A DNA stretch of 64,000 bases from an uncultured Pelagibacteraceae bacterium (GTDB taxonomy: Bacteria; Pseudomonadota; Alphaproteobacteria; Pelagibacterales; Pelagibacteraceae): positions 3,713 through 67,712 of the forward strand of contig CACHRP010000006.1 of assembly GCA_902582315.1 (NCBI GenBank). The letters are read 5' to 3'. The notes under the pieces were generated by a model. The model made no database searches. It had not been told where the DNA came from and worked only from the letters and a program-made list of their open reading frames with translations. Below, piece after piece: positions 49,302 to 58,619 of the stretch. Numbering within the stretch: position 1 is the first letter of the stretch; every line of letters begins with the position of its first letter. The translations under genes were made by a program, and so were the position numbers.

Positions 49302-50588
49302 TTAATTTGAATATCCGTATTTTCTCAATCGAACATCACCAGTTCTTGCGTGTGCTTCCATACCTTCATATCTTGAAATTCTAGCAGCTGCGGCACCAAC
49401 TTCTTTAGTAGACTCTTTAGTCATTCTTTGGAAGCTCAATGTTTTAATAAATTTTCCTACAAATAAACCACCAGTATATTTTCCTGCACCTTTTGTTGGT
49501 AAAATATGATTTGTACCTGAACACTTATCTCCATAAGCAACAGTAGTTTCTTCACCAATAAATAATGATCCATAGTTTTTTAGACGATCATGAAACCATT
49601 TTAGATTTTTTGTTTGTACTTCTAAGTGTTCTGGAGCATATTCATCACTTATTTTTGCCATTTCTTCATCAGTGTCACAAAGAATTACTTCACCATAATC
49701 TTTCCAAGCAGCTTCAGCACTTGTTCGTGGTAATTCTGGAAGTTCAGAAATTAATTCAGGAACTCTTTTCATAACTTGCTCAGCAAGTTTTTTACTTGTC
49801 GTGTAAAGCCATGCTGGTGAATTATATCCATGTTCTGCTTGTCCAACTAAATCCACAGCAACAATTTCTGGGTCAGCACTTTCGTCTGCTATAATTGCAA
49901 TTTCTGTTGGCCCAGCAAACAAATCAATACCAACCTTTCCAAATAAAATTCTTTTTGCTTCTGCAACAAATTGATTACCAGGTCCAACTAATATATCTGC
50001 AGGTTCATTTCCGAACAATCCATAAGTCATTGCAGCAATAGCTGGAACTCCACCAAGATTTAAAATTACATCTGCTCCACAAAGATTTGCAGTATATATA
50101 ATAGCTGGATGCGCGCCCATTTTTTCTTTTGGAGGACTGCAAGCAATTATATTTTTTACACTGGCGACTTTTGCAGTTGTTACACTCATAACAGCTGACG
50201 CTATATGGGCATACCTTCCACCAGGTATGTAACATCCTGCAGTATTAACAGGAACTAATTTTTGACCTGCATAAAGTCCTTTTGAAAGCTCTACCTCAAA
50301 ATCTTGTCCATAATTTTTCAGTTGTGCTTCTGCAAATTTTCTTACTCTTTCATATGAGAATTGAATATCATCCTTAGTTTTTTGATCTAGCGACTTATTT
50401 ATCTCATTAATTTTTTCTTTAGAGACAACTATCTCTCCATCAAATTTATCAAATTTTTTTGTAAGCTCTTTACAACCATCTTCTTTAGATTTTTCTAATT
50501 CAGATAATAAATTTTGAACTATATCTCGAGTTTTTGTATCATCTGTTGACGCAGTTTTGACGGCTTTTTTTAAGTATTGAATTCCCAT
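49302..50588 (-). CDS. hpsN: Histidinol dehydrogenase family protein, HpsN (sulfopropanediol 3-dehydrogenase)-like
   Basis: GCYIPGGRYAHIASAVM, DLFAGPTE, QAEHGYNSP, YGDK..GTNHILPT resemble HpsN more than HisD (recalled pattern). Confidence 0.65.
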   Translation of the reverse strand: MGIQYLKKAVKTASTDDTKTRDIVQNLLSELEKSKEDGCKELTKKFDKFDGEIVVSKEKINEINKSLDQKTKDDIQFSYERVRKFAEAQLKNYGQDFEVELSKGLYAGQKLVPVNTAGCYIPGGRYAHIASAVMSVTTAKVASVKNIIACSPPKEKMGAHPAIIYTANLCGADVILNLGGVPAIAAMTYGLFGNEPADILVGPGNQFVAEAKRILFGKVGIDLFAGPTEIAIIADESADPEIVAVDLVGQAEHGYNSPAWLYTTSKKLAEQVMKRVPELISELPELPRTSAEAAWKDYGEVILCDTDEEMAKISDEYAPEHLEVQTKNLKWFHDRLKNYGSLFIGEETTVAYGDKCSGTNHILPTKGAGKYTGGLFVGKFIKTLSFQRMTKESTKEVGAAAARISRYEGMEAHARTGDVRLRKYGYSN

Positions 50589-50613
50589 TTTGGCAGTATT
50601 TATATTTTGATTA

Positions 50614-51525
50614 TTAATCTAATGCAACTACTGCAGCTGCTATAGATGCCATCCTAGCAGTTGCCTCATCAGATCTACTTGTTATTACTACTGGAACTTT
50701 TCCACCAACCACAACTCCAGCTGCACATGCACCCATAAAATATATCATCATTTTTACTAATGCGTTACCAGCCTCAACATTAGGGACCAATAAAACATCA
50801 GCGTGGCCAGCAACTGAATTTTTAATACCTTTAATTCCTGATGATTTTTTAGATACACTATTGTCAAAAGCTAATGGTCCAAAGACATCTGCTTTAAGAT
50901 TTTCTTTTTTAGCAAGCTCAGTTATTTCTTTTGCATCAATAGAACTTTGAACACTATCTAAAACTTCTTCAGTAGCTGAAAGAACAGAAACTTTTGGTTT
51001 TTCAATACCAATTCTGTGACAAAAATTTATTACATTTTTTAAAATATGCATTTTTGTTTTTACATTTGGTGAAACATTTAAAGCGCCATCAGTTATTATT
51101 ATTGGCTTATCATTCTTTTCTAATGTCATGTGCCAAATATGGCTTAGTCTAGTCTTTCCTAACAAATTATATTCTTTTTTAATTACCTCTTTCATTAAAA
51201 CATCTGTATGAATATGACCTTTAACTATAATTTTTATTTTTCCTTGAGAAGCTAGTTTTGCAGCTATTTTAGCTGTTGAGTTTTCTTTAGGTTCATGAAT
51301 AATTTCATATTTTGAAATATCAAATTGTAATTCCTCAGCACATTTTTGAATTTCATCTTTATCACCAATTAAAATAGGATTTATCAAATTCTCTTTGACA
51401 GCATCTATTACTGATAGCATCGGAAGCATTTTTCCAGCATTTACAATTCCTGCAGGAATATCTTTTTTTTTATGTGCAACATCTAGAAGGTTAATTGGAC
51501 AAATTATTTCTTTATTTGAAAGCAT
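50614..51525 (-). CDS. Phosphate acetyl/butyryltransferase
   Basis: KGH.HTD, ITDGALN..P, GPLAFDN, PNVEAGN, PVVITSRSD motifs. Confidence 0.88.
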   Translation of the reverse strand: MLSNKEIICPINLLDVAHKKKDIPAGIVNAGKMLPMLSVIDAVKENLINPILIGDKDEIQKCAEELQFDISKYEIIHEPKENSTAKIAAKLASQGKIKIIVKGHIHTDVLMKEVIKKEYNLLGKTRLSHIWHMTLEKNDKPIIITDGALNVSPNVKTKMHILKNVINFCHRIGIEKPKVSVLSATEEVLDSVQSSIDAKEITELAKKENLKADVFGPLAFDNSVSKKSSGIKGIKNSVAGHADVLLVPNVEAGNALVKMMIYFMGACAAGVVVGGKVPVVITSRSDEATARMASIAAAVVALD

Positions 51526-51580
51526 AAGTTTTTTTTACATATATTTACGATGTCTATATAATAAGTTAATATGGCATAAA

Positions 51581-52429
51581 ATGGAAATTGTAACTAAAAT
51601 TGCACCAATTGCATTAGCTTTGATAATGTTAACTCTAGGATTAGGACTAACAATCAAAGATTTTACAAGAGTTGTTAGTCAACCAAAGGATTTTCTTTTA
51701 GGTGTCATTTGTCAATTAATTATTCTTCCAATTGTTGCTTTTATATTAATCAAAATATTTAAAACACCTTTAGAACTAGCGTTAGGTGTGATGATTATAG
51801 CAGCTGCCCCAGGTGGGGTAACCTCAAATGTGCTAACTAAATTTGCCAATGGTGATGTTGCATTATCTGTTTCATTAACAGCAATCATAAGTTTAGTAAG
51901 TATTATTTCAGTCCCATTTATAGTTTTTAAATCAGCAGATCTTTTACAAGTAAATTATTCAATTAAAGAAATATCAATGATTGGAATTTCAATAAAGATG
52001 TTTTTGGTTGTAACTTTACCTGTAATTATTGGTATGGTAATTAGAAAGTTTGCTACAATATTTATTTCATCAAATGAAAAATTAATTCAAAGGATTTCAC
52101 TTTTACTATTTGTTTTTGTTTTTTTAGCGATTTGGATTGAGGAATGGGAAAATATTACATCTTATTTAAAACAGGCAGGAGTTATTACGTTTGCGCTAAA
52201 TATAGTGATGATGATTATTGGATACTTCATGGCTAAGATATTTGCAACAGGAATAGAGCAAAGAAAATGTATTTCTTTAGAATGTGGTTTGCAAAATGGA
52301 ACTCTTGCAGTTTTTGTAGCATCTCAAATTTTTAAAGATGTTGTATATCTTGTACCTACAGCAGCATACGCTCTCATAATGTTCGTAACTTCAATATTTT
52401 TTGTTCTTTTTTTAAAGAATAAAAATTAA
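51581..52429 (+). CDS. Bile acid:sodium symporter (BASS) family transporter
   Basis: MLTLGL.L, QLIILP, PGG.TSN, ECGLQNG motifs; start reset to ATG 51581. Confidence 0.88.
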   Translation: MEIVTKIAPIALALIMLTLGLGLTIKDFTRVVSQPKDFLLGVICQLIILPIVAFILIKIFKTPLELALGVMIIAAAPGGVTSNVLTKFANGDVALSVSLTAIISLVSIISVPFIVFKSADLLQVNYSIKEISMIGISIKMFLVVTLPVIIGMVIRKFATIFISSNEKLIQRISLLLFVFVFLAIWIEEWENITSYLKQAGVITFALNIVMMIIGYFMAKIFATGIEQRKCISLECGLQNGTLAVFVASQIFKDVVYLVPTAAYALIMFVTSIFFVLFLKNKN

Positions 52430-52483
52430 ATTACGGACATTTTGTATCTATTTAGATAAAAAAAAATCGGTATACAATTAAGA

Positions 52484-52867
52484 ATGCAAATCGAGATAAT
52501 TTTACCATCTGTAGTTCTTGGTATTATGCTATTTTTTTCTTTTGCAGTTGCGCCTGTAATTTTTAAAGTACTTGAGGAAAATGATGCAAGAAAATTTGTA
52601 AGAACAATATTTCCGTATTATTATTTAATAAACCTAATATTAGTTTTATTAATTTGTATATTTTTATTTTATAAAAATTTTATCAGTTTTGATTTTTACT
52701 TGTTAGCAATTGTGGCAATAATGTTTGCTATTTCACTATTTATTTTGATGCCAATGATTAATAATGCAAGGGATCAAGGAAAAGAGAAAAAGTTTAAGTA
52801 CTTGCATGCCTTTTCGGTAATAATTAATTTTCTACAAATTATTATTCTAATTTATGTTTTGGTTTAA
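52484..52867 (+). CDS. DUF4149-like membrane protein
   Basis: FFSFAVAP.IF, FP.YY, F..LH..SV..N pattern. Confidence 0.75.
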   Translation: MQIEIILPSVVLGIMLFFSFAVAPVIFKVLEENDARKFVRTIFPYYYLINLILVLLICIFLFYKNFISFDFYLLAIVAIMFAISLFILMPMINNARDQGKEKKFKYLHAFSVIINFLQIIILIYVLV

Positions 52868-53414
52868 GAAATTTTCTATTTCTTTTTTCATCTTGTTATC
52901 TTTTTTTTTTGACAATGTATTTGCAAACGATGAAATATTAAATTCTCTTAAAGAAGGTAATAAAATAATATTTATAAGACATGCTCTCGCGCCAGGTAAT
53001 GGGGACCCTGATAATTTTGTTATCAATGACTGTTCTACACAAAGAAACCTTAGTCAAAAGGGTATAGAGCAATCAAAAAATATAGGCAATTTTTTTAGAG
53101 AAAATAAAATTAAAATAGATGCAGTTTTAAGTAGTGAGTGGTGTAGATGTAAAGATACCGCTTTTCATGCTTTTGAAAATTTTATTACTTTTGACGCTCT
53201 GAACTCTTTCTATGATCCAAAATTTTCAAAAAATGAGGAGTTGCAAATTGCTAAAATCAAAAAACTAATTGAAAGTTGGGAAAGTGATAAGAATTTGATT
53301 CTCGTTACTCATTTCGTAGTAATTTCATCTTTGTTGAATACTGGCTCATCATCTGGAGAAATTATTGTAGTTAATAAAGACCTTAAGATACAAGGTAGAA
53401 TGGAGACTTTTTAA
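52854..53414 (+). CDS. Histidine phosphatase family protein with signal peptide
   Basis: RHA, C.TQRNL, SS.WCRC.DTA, VTH motifs. Confidence 0.85.
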   Translation: MFWFKKFSISFFILLSFFFDNVFANDEILNSLKEGNKIIFIRHALAPGNGDPDNFVINDCSTQRNLSQKGIEQSKNIGNFFRENKIKIDAVLSSEWCRCKDTAFHAFENFITFDALNSFYDPKFSKNEELQIAKIKKLIESWESDKNLILVTHFVVISSLLNTGSSSGEIIVVNKDLKIQGRMETF

Positions 53415-53474
53415 ATATAAGCTAGGACAATTATTCCCATTATATAATAAAAATAAATTTATTAATTTAAGCCT

Positions 53475-53618
53475 ATGGTACCTGTTATATTTTCTTTGAC
53501 TGTTGTTACAGTAATTTTATTTATCGCGTTTATGTTTAGAAAACCCTCAAAAAAAGAAATAAACAAGTTTGTGAATAAAACACAGGAAAAAAGTAGTTGG
53601 TCTAAATTTGGATTTTAA
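53475..53618 (+). CDS. Small single-pass membrane protein, 47 aa (not in ORF track)
   Basis: MVPVIFSLTVVTVILFIAFMFRKPSKKEINKFVNKTQEKSSWSKFGF*; N-terminal TM then basic tail. Confidence 0.6.
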   Translation: MVPVIFSLTVVTVILFIAFMFRKPSKKEINKFVNKTQEKSSWSKFGF

Positions 53619-53622
53619 ACTT

Positions 53623-53724
53623 GTGAAGAAAAAAATAAAATTTTTTATTTATTTTGTAGTTTATATAGCTCTAATATTAATTTTAGCAGTAATATTTTAT
53701 GTCAATGGAATAAGTTTAATTTAA
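53623..53724 (+). CDS. Small membrane peptide, 33 aa, GTG start (not in ORF track)
   Basis: MKKKIKFFIYFVVYIALILILAVIFYVNGISLI*; 4 nt after the previous stop and 6 nt before msrB. Confidence 0.45.
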   Translation: MKKKIKFFIYFVVYIALILILAVIFYVNGISLI

Positions 53725-53730
53725 AATATA

Positions 53731-54192
53731 ATGAAAAAAAGAAAGTTCATTAAATTACTATTTTCAACTTTTTCATCATTTTTTTTTATCCCCTTATCAT
53801 CTTTATACGCGACCATAGAAAAAAAAATTATAAATAAATCACTAACTGAAGAACAAAAAAAAATAATGTTTAAGGAGGGAACCGAAAGGCCATTTACAAG
53901 CAGTTTGAATTATGAGACTAGAGAAGGTTTTTATCACTGCGCAAATTGTAATGCTAAACTTTTTTCTTCAAGCGCAAAGTTTGACAGTGGAACAGGGTGG
54001 CCATCGTTTTCTGAAGCTCTTCCAGGTGCATTTAAAACAAAAGTAGATTATTCATTTGGAATGAAACGTATTGAATATCATTGTGCGAATTGTGGCGCAC
54101 ATCATGGGCACGTATTCGATGATGGACCTTCAGAAACAGGAAAAAGATTTTGTAATAACGGTCTTTGTTTAATCTTTATTCCATCTAATTAA
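53731..54192 (+). CDS. msrB: Peptide-methionine (R)-S-oxide reductase with N-terminal signal-like peptide
   Basis: GTERPF, two CxxC, KFDSGTGWPSF, HHGHVFDDGP, RFCNNG motifs. Confidence 0.95.
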   Translation: MKKRKFIKLLFSTFSSFFFIPLSSLYATIEKKIINKSLTEEQKKIMFKEGTERPFTSSLNYETREGFYHCANCNAKLFSSSAKFDSGTGWPSFSEALPGAFKTKVDYSFGMKRIEYHCANCGAHHGHVFDDGPSETGKRFCNNGLCLIFIPSN

Positions 54193-54632
54193 TCTATAAA
54201 ATTAAGCTTAATCAATTTTTCTCTTTTTATTTCTTTACACCAAAGTTCATAAGTTTCACACATTCTCCAAACTAGACCAAAAGCATTTTGTGAACTGGAC
54301 AACGGAAAGGAACTTTTTGCAAAATAAGTTTCACTATTTTCTTGAAATTGTTTAATAACAGTATTCTTTTGTAAATTAAGTAAATCAATAGTTTCTTTTG
54401 GTATTTTAATTCCTGTTTCTTGATTAATGAAATTATTGTCTTTTATTTTAGAAAAAAGACTATCATGAAAATTACCCTTTTTAATTTCATCAAATTCTTT
54501 AGTTGCTAAAAATCTTTCTATAAGTTCAACGTTTGTTATACCTGGTTCTAATTCTTTTATTTTAATTAATTGTAAATAAATAGATTCTGCTAAATAGAGC
54601 ATCAAAGGTTTTGAGGTGTCTTTTTTTTTCAT
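54189..54632 (-). CDS. Hypothetical protein, preceded by a Fur box
   Basis: 147 aa; no family recognised. Confidence 0.65.
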   Translation of the reverse strand: MKKKDTSKPLMLYLAESIYLQLIKIKELEPGITNVELIERFLATKEFDEIKKGNFHDSLFSKIKDNNFINQETGIKIPKETIDLLNLQKNTVIKQFQENSETYFAKSSFPLSSSQNAFGLVWRMCETYELWCKEIKREKLIKLNFID

Positions 54633-54642
54633 TTTATTTTTT

Positions 54643-54661
54643 GTTAATGATAATCATTACT
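54643..54661. promoter_or_regulatory. Fur box 1
   Basis: GTTAATGATAATCATTACT matches 16 of 19 positions of GATAATGATAATCATTATC. Confidence 0.75.
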
Positions 54662-54699
54662 AACTAAATTTTTTTTATCAATTTTATGCATTTTTTTTA

Positions 54700-54719
54700 T
54701 GATAATGATTATCATTAGT
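54700..54719. promoter_or_regulatory. Fur box 2
   Basis: TGATAATGATTATCA (54700-54714) is a perfect TGATAAT-N-ATTATCA core; 54701-54719 matches 16 of 19 positions of the classical box. Confidence 0.8.
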
Positions 54720-54785
54720 TTTGAGATTTATTATCAAAAAATTTTAAAATGTTGAAAAAATATTTTTTTTTCTTATTTTATTCAC

Positions 54786-54965
54786 ATGGAACTAGAAACT
54801 CACAATTGTAGAAAATGTGGTTTAACTATATCGGCAACATGTTCAAAATGTCATAGAGTTGTTGATGTTAAGAAACTTGATGACGGATGTATCGTAAAAG
54901 TTACTAAGTGCGGTGATTGTGCTAATACCCCAGTAATTAAAGATATCTGTACTAATCAAGCTTAA
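54786..54965 (+). CDS. Small Cys-rich metal-binding protein, 59 aa, 8 Cys (not in ORF track)
   Basis: MELETHNCRKCGLTISATCSKCHRVVDVKKLDDGCIVKVTKCGDCANTPVIKDICTNQA*; three CxxC motifs. Confidence 0.8.
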   Translation: MELETHNCRKCGLTISATCSKCHRVVDVKKLDDGCIVKVTKCGDCANTPVIKDICTNQA

Positions 54966-54971
54966 GTTAAA

Positions 54972-56552
54972 TCAATTAAGAACTAATTCTGAACCTTTTT
55001 CAGCAATCATAAGGACTGGTGCGTTTAAATTTGCACTTGGTATTTCTGGTATTACCGATGCATCAATTACTCTTAAATTTTCAATACCTTTTACTTTTAA
55101 GTTTTCATCAACTACAGCCATATCATCAACTCCCATTTTACATGTTCCACATGGATGATAAGCAGTATCTGCTTTAGATTTTATATAATCATCTAATTCA
55201 TCATCGGATTTTGCATCTGTGCCAGGACCAATTTCTTTTCCAGCATGCTCTGAAAGAGCAGGTTGAGATAATATTTTTCTTGCAACATGAATACACTCTC
55301 TAGTTTGTTTTAAATCTTCATCCTCTTTCAAATAATTAAATAATATTTTTGGATATTCATATGGATCAGAAGAATTTAATGTAATTTGACCTCTACTTTT
55401 TGGATGATTCGGACTTGCATGTAATTGATAACCATGAGTATCAGGGTCAACCAGACCATGATTTATTACAAATGATGGAAAGAAATGAAATTGAATATTT
55501 GCAACCTTTCTCTGAGGATTTGATTTTGCAAATCCACCTGCTTCTAAAAATGATTTAGAACATGGTCCAGACTTGAACATAAACCACTGAATTCCTGCTA
55601 ATACTTTTGGTATTAGTTTTGTATAGGTATACAATGTATTCGGCGTCTTACACTCCTGTTGAATGTAAGTTTCCAAATGATCTTGCAAGTTTTTACCAAC
55701 CCCTTTTAGATCGTTTATTACTTCAATACCTTTTTCTTTTAAATGATCTGCATCACCAATTCCAGATACCATTAATAATTGAGGTGAATTAATTGAACCA
55801 CCACTAAGTATAACTTCTTTATTTGCATAAATTTTTTTGACTTCATTTTTTATTTTTACTTGTAATCCTATCGCTTTTTTTCCCTCAAATAATATTTTTT
55901 CTACATATGAATTTTTTAAAATATTTAAATTTTTTCTATTTTTAACTGGGTTTAAATAATATTTACCTACGCCGGCTCTTTCTCCTTTATGCATGGTTGT
56001 ATCAAACATACCAAAACCTTCTTGCTCTTCACCATTCATATCAATATTTGTTTTATGACCAGCCTGACCTGCGGCATCAATAAAAGCTTTGAATAGTGGA
56101 TTTGAATTTTTAGATAAATTTATTGGTAGAGGACCAAGAGAACCTCTATATTGATTTTCGCCCTCAGACCACGTCTCAATTTTTTTAAAATAAGGTAAAA
56201 CTTTTTCATATGACCAATTTTTTAAACCAAAACTTTCCCACCTTGAGTAATCGTCTTTATTTCCTCTTACAAAAACCATTCCATTATGAGAGGAACAACC
56301 ACCAATCATTTTACCTCTTGGACAAAAAACTCTTCTATTATTAAGGTAAGGTTCTGGTTCTGAATAATATTTCCAATTATACTTTGGATCATGCATAGTA
56401 TAAAGGAGGGCAAGGGGCATTTTTACTTTCCAAATATCGCTTGAACCACCAGCTTCAAAAATTGCAACTTTATTTTTACTATCTTCTGACAACCTATTAG
56501 CAAGCACACATCCCGCAGATCCAGCACCAACTATCAAATAATCATAATTCAT
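54972..56552 (-). CDS. betA: Choline dehydrogenase (GMC oxidoreductase)
   Basis: GAGSAGC.LANRLSE, CPRGK.IGG.SS.NGM, GKNLQDHLE, YHPCGTCKMG, SANLNAP motifs. Confidence 0.85.
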   Translation of the reverse strand: MNYDYLIVGAGSAGCVLANRLSEDSKNKVAIFEAGGSSDIWKVKMPLALLYTMHDPKYNWKYYSEPEPYLNNRRVFCPRGKMIGGCSSHNGMVFVRGNKDDYSRWESFGLKNWSYEKVLPYFKKIETWSEGENQYRGSLGPLPINLSKNSNPLFKAFIDAAGQAGHKTNIDMNGEEQEGFGMFDTTMHKGERAGVGKYYLNPVKNRKNLNILKNSYVEKILFEGKKAIGLQVKIKNEVKKIYANKEVILSGGSINSPQLLMVSGIGDADHLKEKGIEVINDLKGVGKNLQDHLETYIQQECKTPNTLYTYTKLIPKVLAGIQWFMFKSGPCSKSFLEAGGFAKSNPQRKVANIQFHFFPSFVINHGLVDPDTHGYQLHASPNHPKSRGQITLNSSDPYEYPKILFNYLKEDEDLKQTRECIHVARKILSQPALSEHAGKEIGPGTDAKSDDELDDYIKSKADTAYHPCGTCKMGVDDMAVVDENLKVKGIENLRVIDASVIPEIPSANLNAPVLMIAEKGSELVLN

Positions 56553-56556
56553 AAAC

Positions 56557-57618
56557 TTATATTTTTTCCATTACCCATAAACTTTCTTTACTTAAAAAAT
56601 AGATCTTACCATTTTTAGGATGAACTTGAATATCTCTTATTCTTCCAATTTTTCTTTGAAAAATGATATCTTCTTTAACACTTTCTAAATTAGTAAAATC
56701 TAATTTTCTTAGAGACATATCTTTTAAAGAAGTAATTAAAGCATTACCATTCCATTCTTTAAATTCTTCTCCCTTATAAATAGTTATCGCGCTAGTTGCT
56801 ATTGATGGAACCCAATACTGAATCGCTTTTGTGAAACCTGGTTTCCATTTAGGACCAATTTTAGTTCCTGAATAATTTGTTCCTCCCCATCCTAAAATTT
56901 TCCAACCATAGTTTTCACCTTTTTTTACCTCTCCAAACCAATCTCCACCTTTCGCTCCATGGTTACTAATATAAATTTTCTGATCAAATGGCGATAAGGT
57001 AAGTCCCTGAGGGTTTCTTACTCCAATTTGAAATATTTCTGGTAGCCAATCTTTTTTGTCTAAAAATTTTGGATTATCTATAGGAATTTTACCATCAATA
57101 TGAATTCTAATTATACTCCCTGGGTGCTTTGAAGCATCTTGAGCAATCATTCCTTGACCTCTCTCACCAACTGAGGCAAATAAATAATCACCTTTTATGG
57201 CTAGCCTTGATCCAAAATGATAAGGAGAATCAATTGGTGGATAAGCTTGAAATATATTTTCAAATATTATGTTGTTTCTATTAAAATCACCTCTAGCAAT
57301 AGAGGTACTAGTTTTGTAATTACCTCTATCCTCAGAATATGAAACCCATACTATATTGTCTCTAAAAATAATATCTAGCAATCCTCCTTGACCGTATTCT
57401 AAAACTTTAAGATTATGGTTAATAATTTTACTTTTTTGGTTCTTCAAGTTAACAATTAAAATTTTTCCAGATTTTTCTGTAATTAGTAATTCATTATTAT
57501 TTAAAAACGTAGATCCCCATGGTTCGTTTAAATTAGTTATTTTTTTAAGAGTAAAATCTGAAGCGTTTAAATTTATTGATATAAAAAAAATAATTAGAAA
57601 ATTTATTAAAATTTTCAT
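56557..57618 (-). CDS. PQQ-dependent sugar dehydrogenase (YliI/Asd family)
   Basis: PWG..F, GQGGLLD, HFGSRL, G.RNPQG, HG.KGGD, NYGW, GRIRD motifs. Confidence 0.88.
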   Translation of the reverse strand: MKILINFLIIFFISINLNASDFTLKKITNLNEPWGSTFLNNNELLITEKSGKILIVNLKNQKSKIINHNLKVLEYGQGGLLDIIFRDNIVWVSYSEDRGNYKTSTSIARGDFNRNNIIFENIFQAYPPIDSPYHFGSRLAIKGDYLFASVGERGQGMIAQDASKHPGSIIRIHIDGKIPIDNPKFLDKKDWLPEIFQIGVRNPQGLTLSPFDQKIYISNHGAKGGDWFGEVKKGENYGWKILGWGGTNYSGTKIGPKWKPGFTKAIQYWVPSIATSAITIYKGEEFKEWNGNALITSLKDMSLRKLDFTNLESVKEDIIFQRKIGRIRDIQVHPKNGKIYFLSKESLWVMEKI

Positions 57619-58619
57619 AGACTATTAATATCTTTCAATATTTCATGTGGGATATTAATTTTTTTATTCATATTTTTTTTATATCTTTTATATTTATTTT
57701 GACCAGGGTACATAATATCTTTTACACCTTTTATTTTCGGGAGTTTTTTTACTCTTTTTAAATTTTGTTTAATTCTTGCAATATAATTACTCAAAAAAAG
57801 ATTTGATTTAAAAGTTATAAATAAATGACCAATATTTTGAGGTCCAGAAAAATCATCAAAAGGATCTTTTGCTTTTCCACCATGACTAGCCCCAGTTAAA
57901 ACACCTGACAAAATATCTACCATCCACGCCAAACCAGATCCTCTAAATCCTGCAATAGGTAACTGCACTCCAGCAAGAGCCTTAAAAGCATCTGTAGTTG
58001 GATTTCCATTTTTGTCCAAAGCAGAACCTTCTGGGATTTTTGTCTTCATCTTTTTAGCAAGTCTTATCTTGCCTCTATTAACTTTTGACATGGATGTATC
58101 TAATATAAAAGGGACATTATTACCCGTAGGACTACCAAAGCATATTGGATTGGTGCCAAATAAACTTTTTTTTGCACCATGGGGTGCTAGTGCTGGAGGC
58201 GCGTTTGTAAAACATAGAACTAATAAATTTTTTTTTACTGCTTGCTCTGCATAAAAGCTTGATAATCCATAGTGACCACTATTTTTAACAGCTACAATTC
58301 CAATACCAGAGGATTTTGCATTTTTAATTGCTTGTTTTATACCTATGTCGCCACTTACAAATCCTATTGAATTATCCGCATCAATCAACGAAGCCGATTT
58401 TGAAATTTTTTTTATTTTAATTTTTGGTTTTCTATTAATTAAATTTTTTTTTATTCTATCACAATACATTTTTAATCTTGATAATCCGTGTGATTGTGCT
58501 CCAACTAATTCTGCTTTTATTATTGCTTCAGCAGATATTTTTGCATGTGTACTGCTAAGTGAATATTTTTTAAAAATGTATATTAATTTTTTTTTTAAAA
58601 CTTTAGCTGAAACTTTCAA
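57615..58619 (-). CDS. Ldh_2 (Malate/L-lactate/sulfolactate dehydrogenase type 2, ComC-like) oxidoreductase
   Basis: SHGLSRL..Y, NSGHYG, FGTNPI, GSGLA.MVDILSG motifs. Confidence 0.85.
   Translation of the reverse strand: MKVSAKVLKKKLIYIFKKYSLSSTHAKISAEAIIKAELVGAQSHGLSRLKMYCDRIKKNLINRKPKIKIKKISKSASLIDADNSIGFVSGDIGIKQAIKNAKSSGIGIVAVKNSGHYGLSSFYAEQAVKKNLLVLCFTNAPPALAPHGAKKSLFGTNPICFGSPTGNNVPFILDTSMSKVNRGKIRLAKKMKTKIPEGSALDKNGNPTTDAFKALAGVQLPIAGFRGSGLAWMVDILSGVLTGASHGGKAKDPFDDFSGPQNIGHLFITFKSNLFLSNYIARIKQNLKRVKKLPKIKGVKDIMYPGQNKYKRYKKNMNKKINIPHEILKDINSL

Noticed and set aside
51395-51580. Extended 5' ends given by the ORF track (16929, 20107, 21750, 51395, 18555, 19276, 43750)
   Set aside because: The extensions overlap neighbouring genes or hairpins and lack family similarity. 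Downstream ATGs fit better, some with clear SDs.
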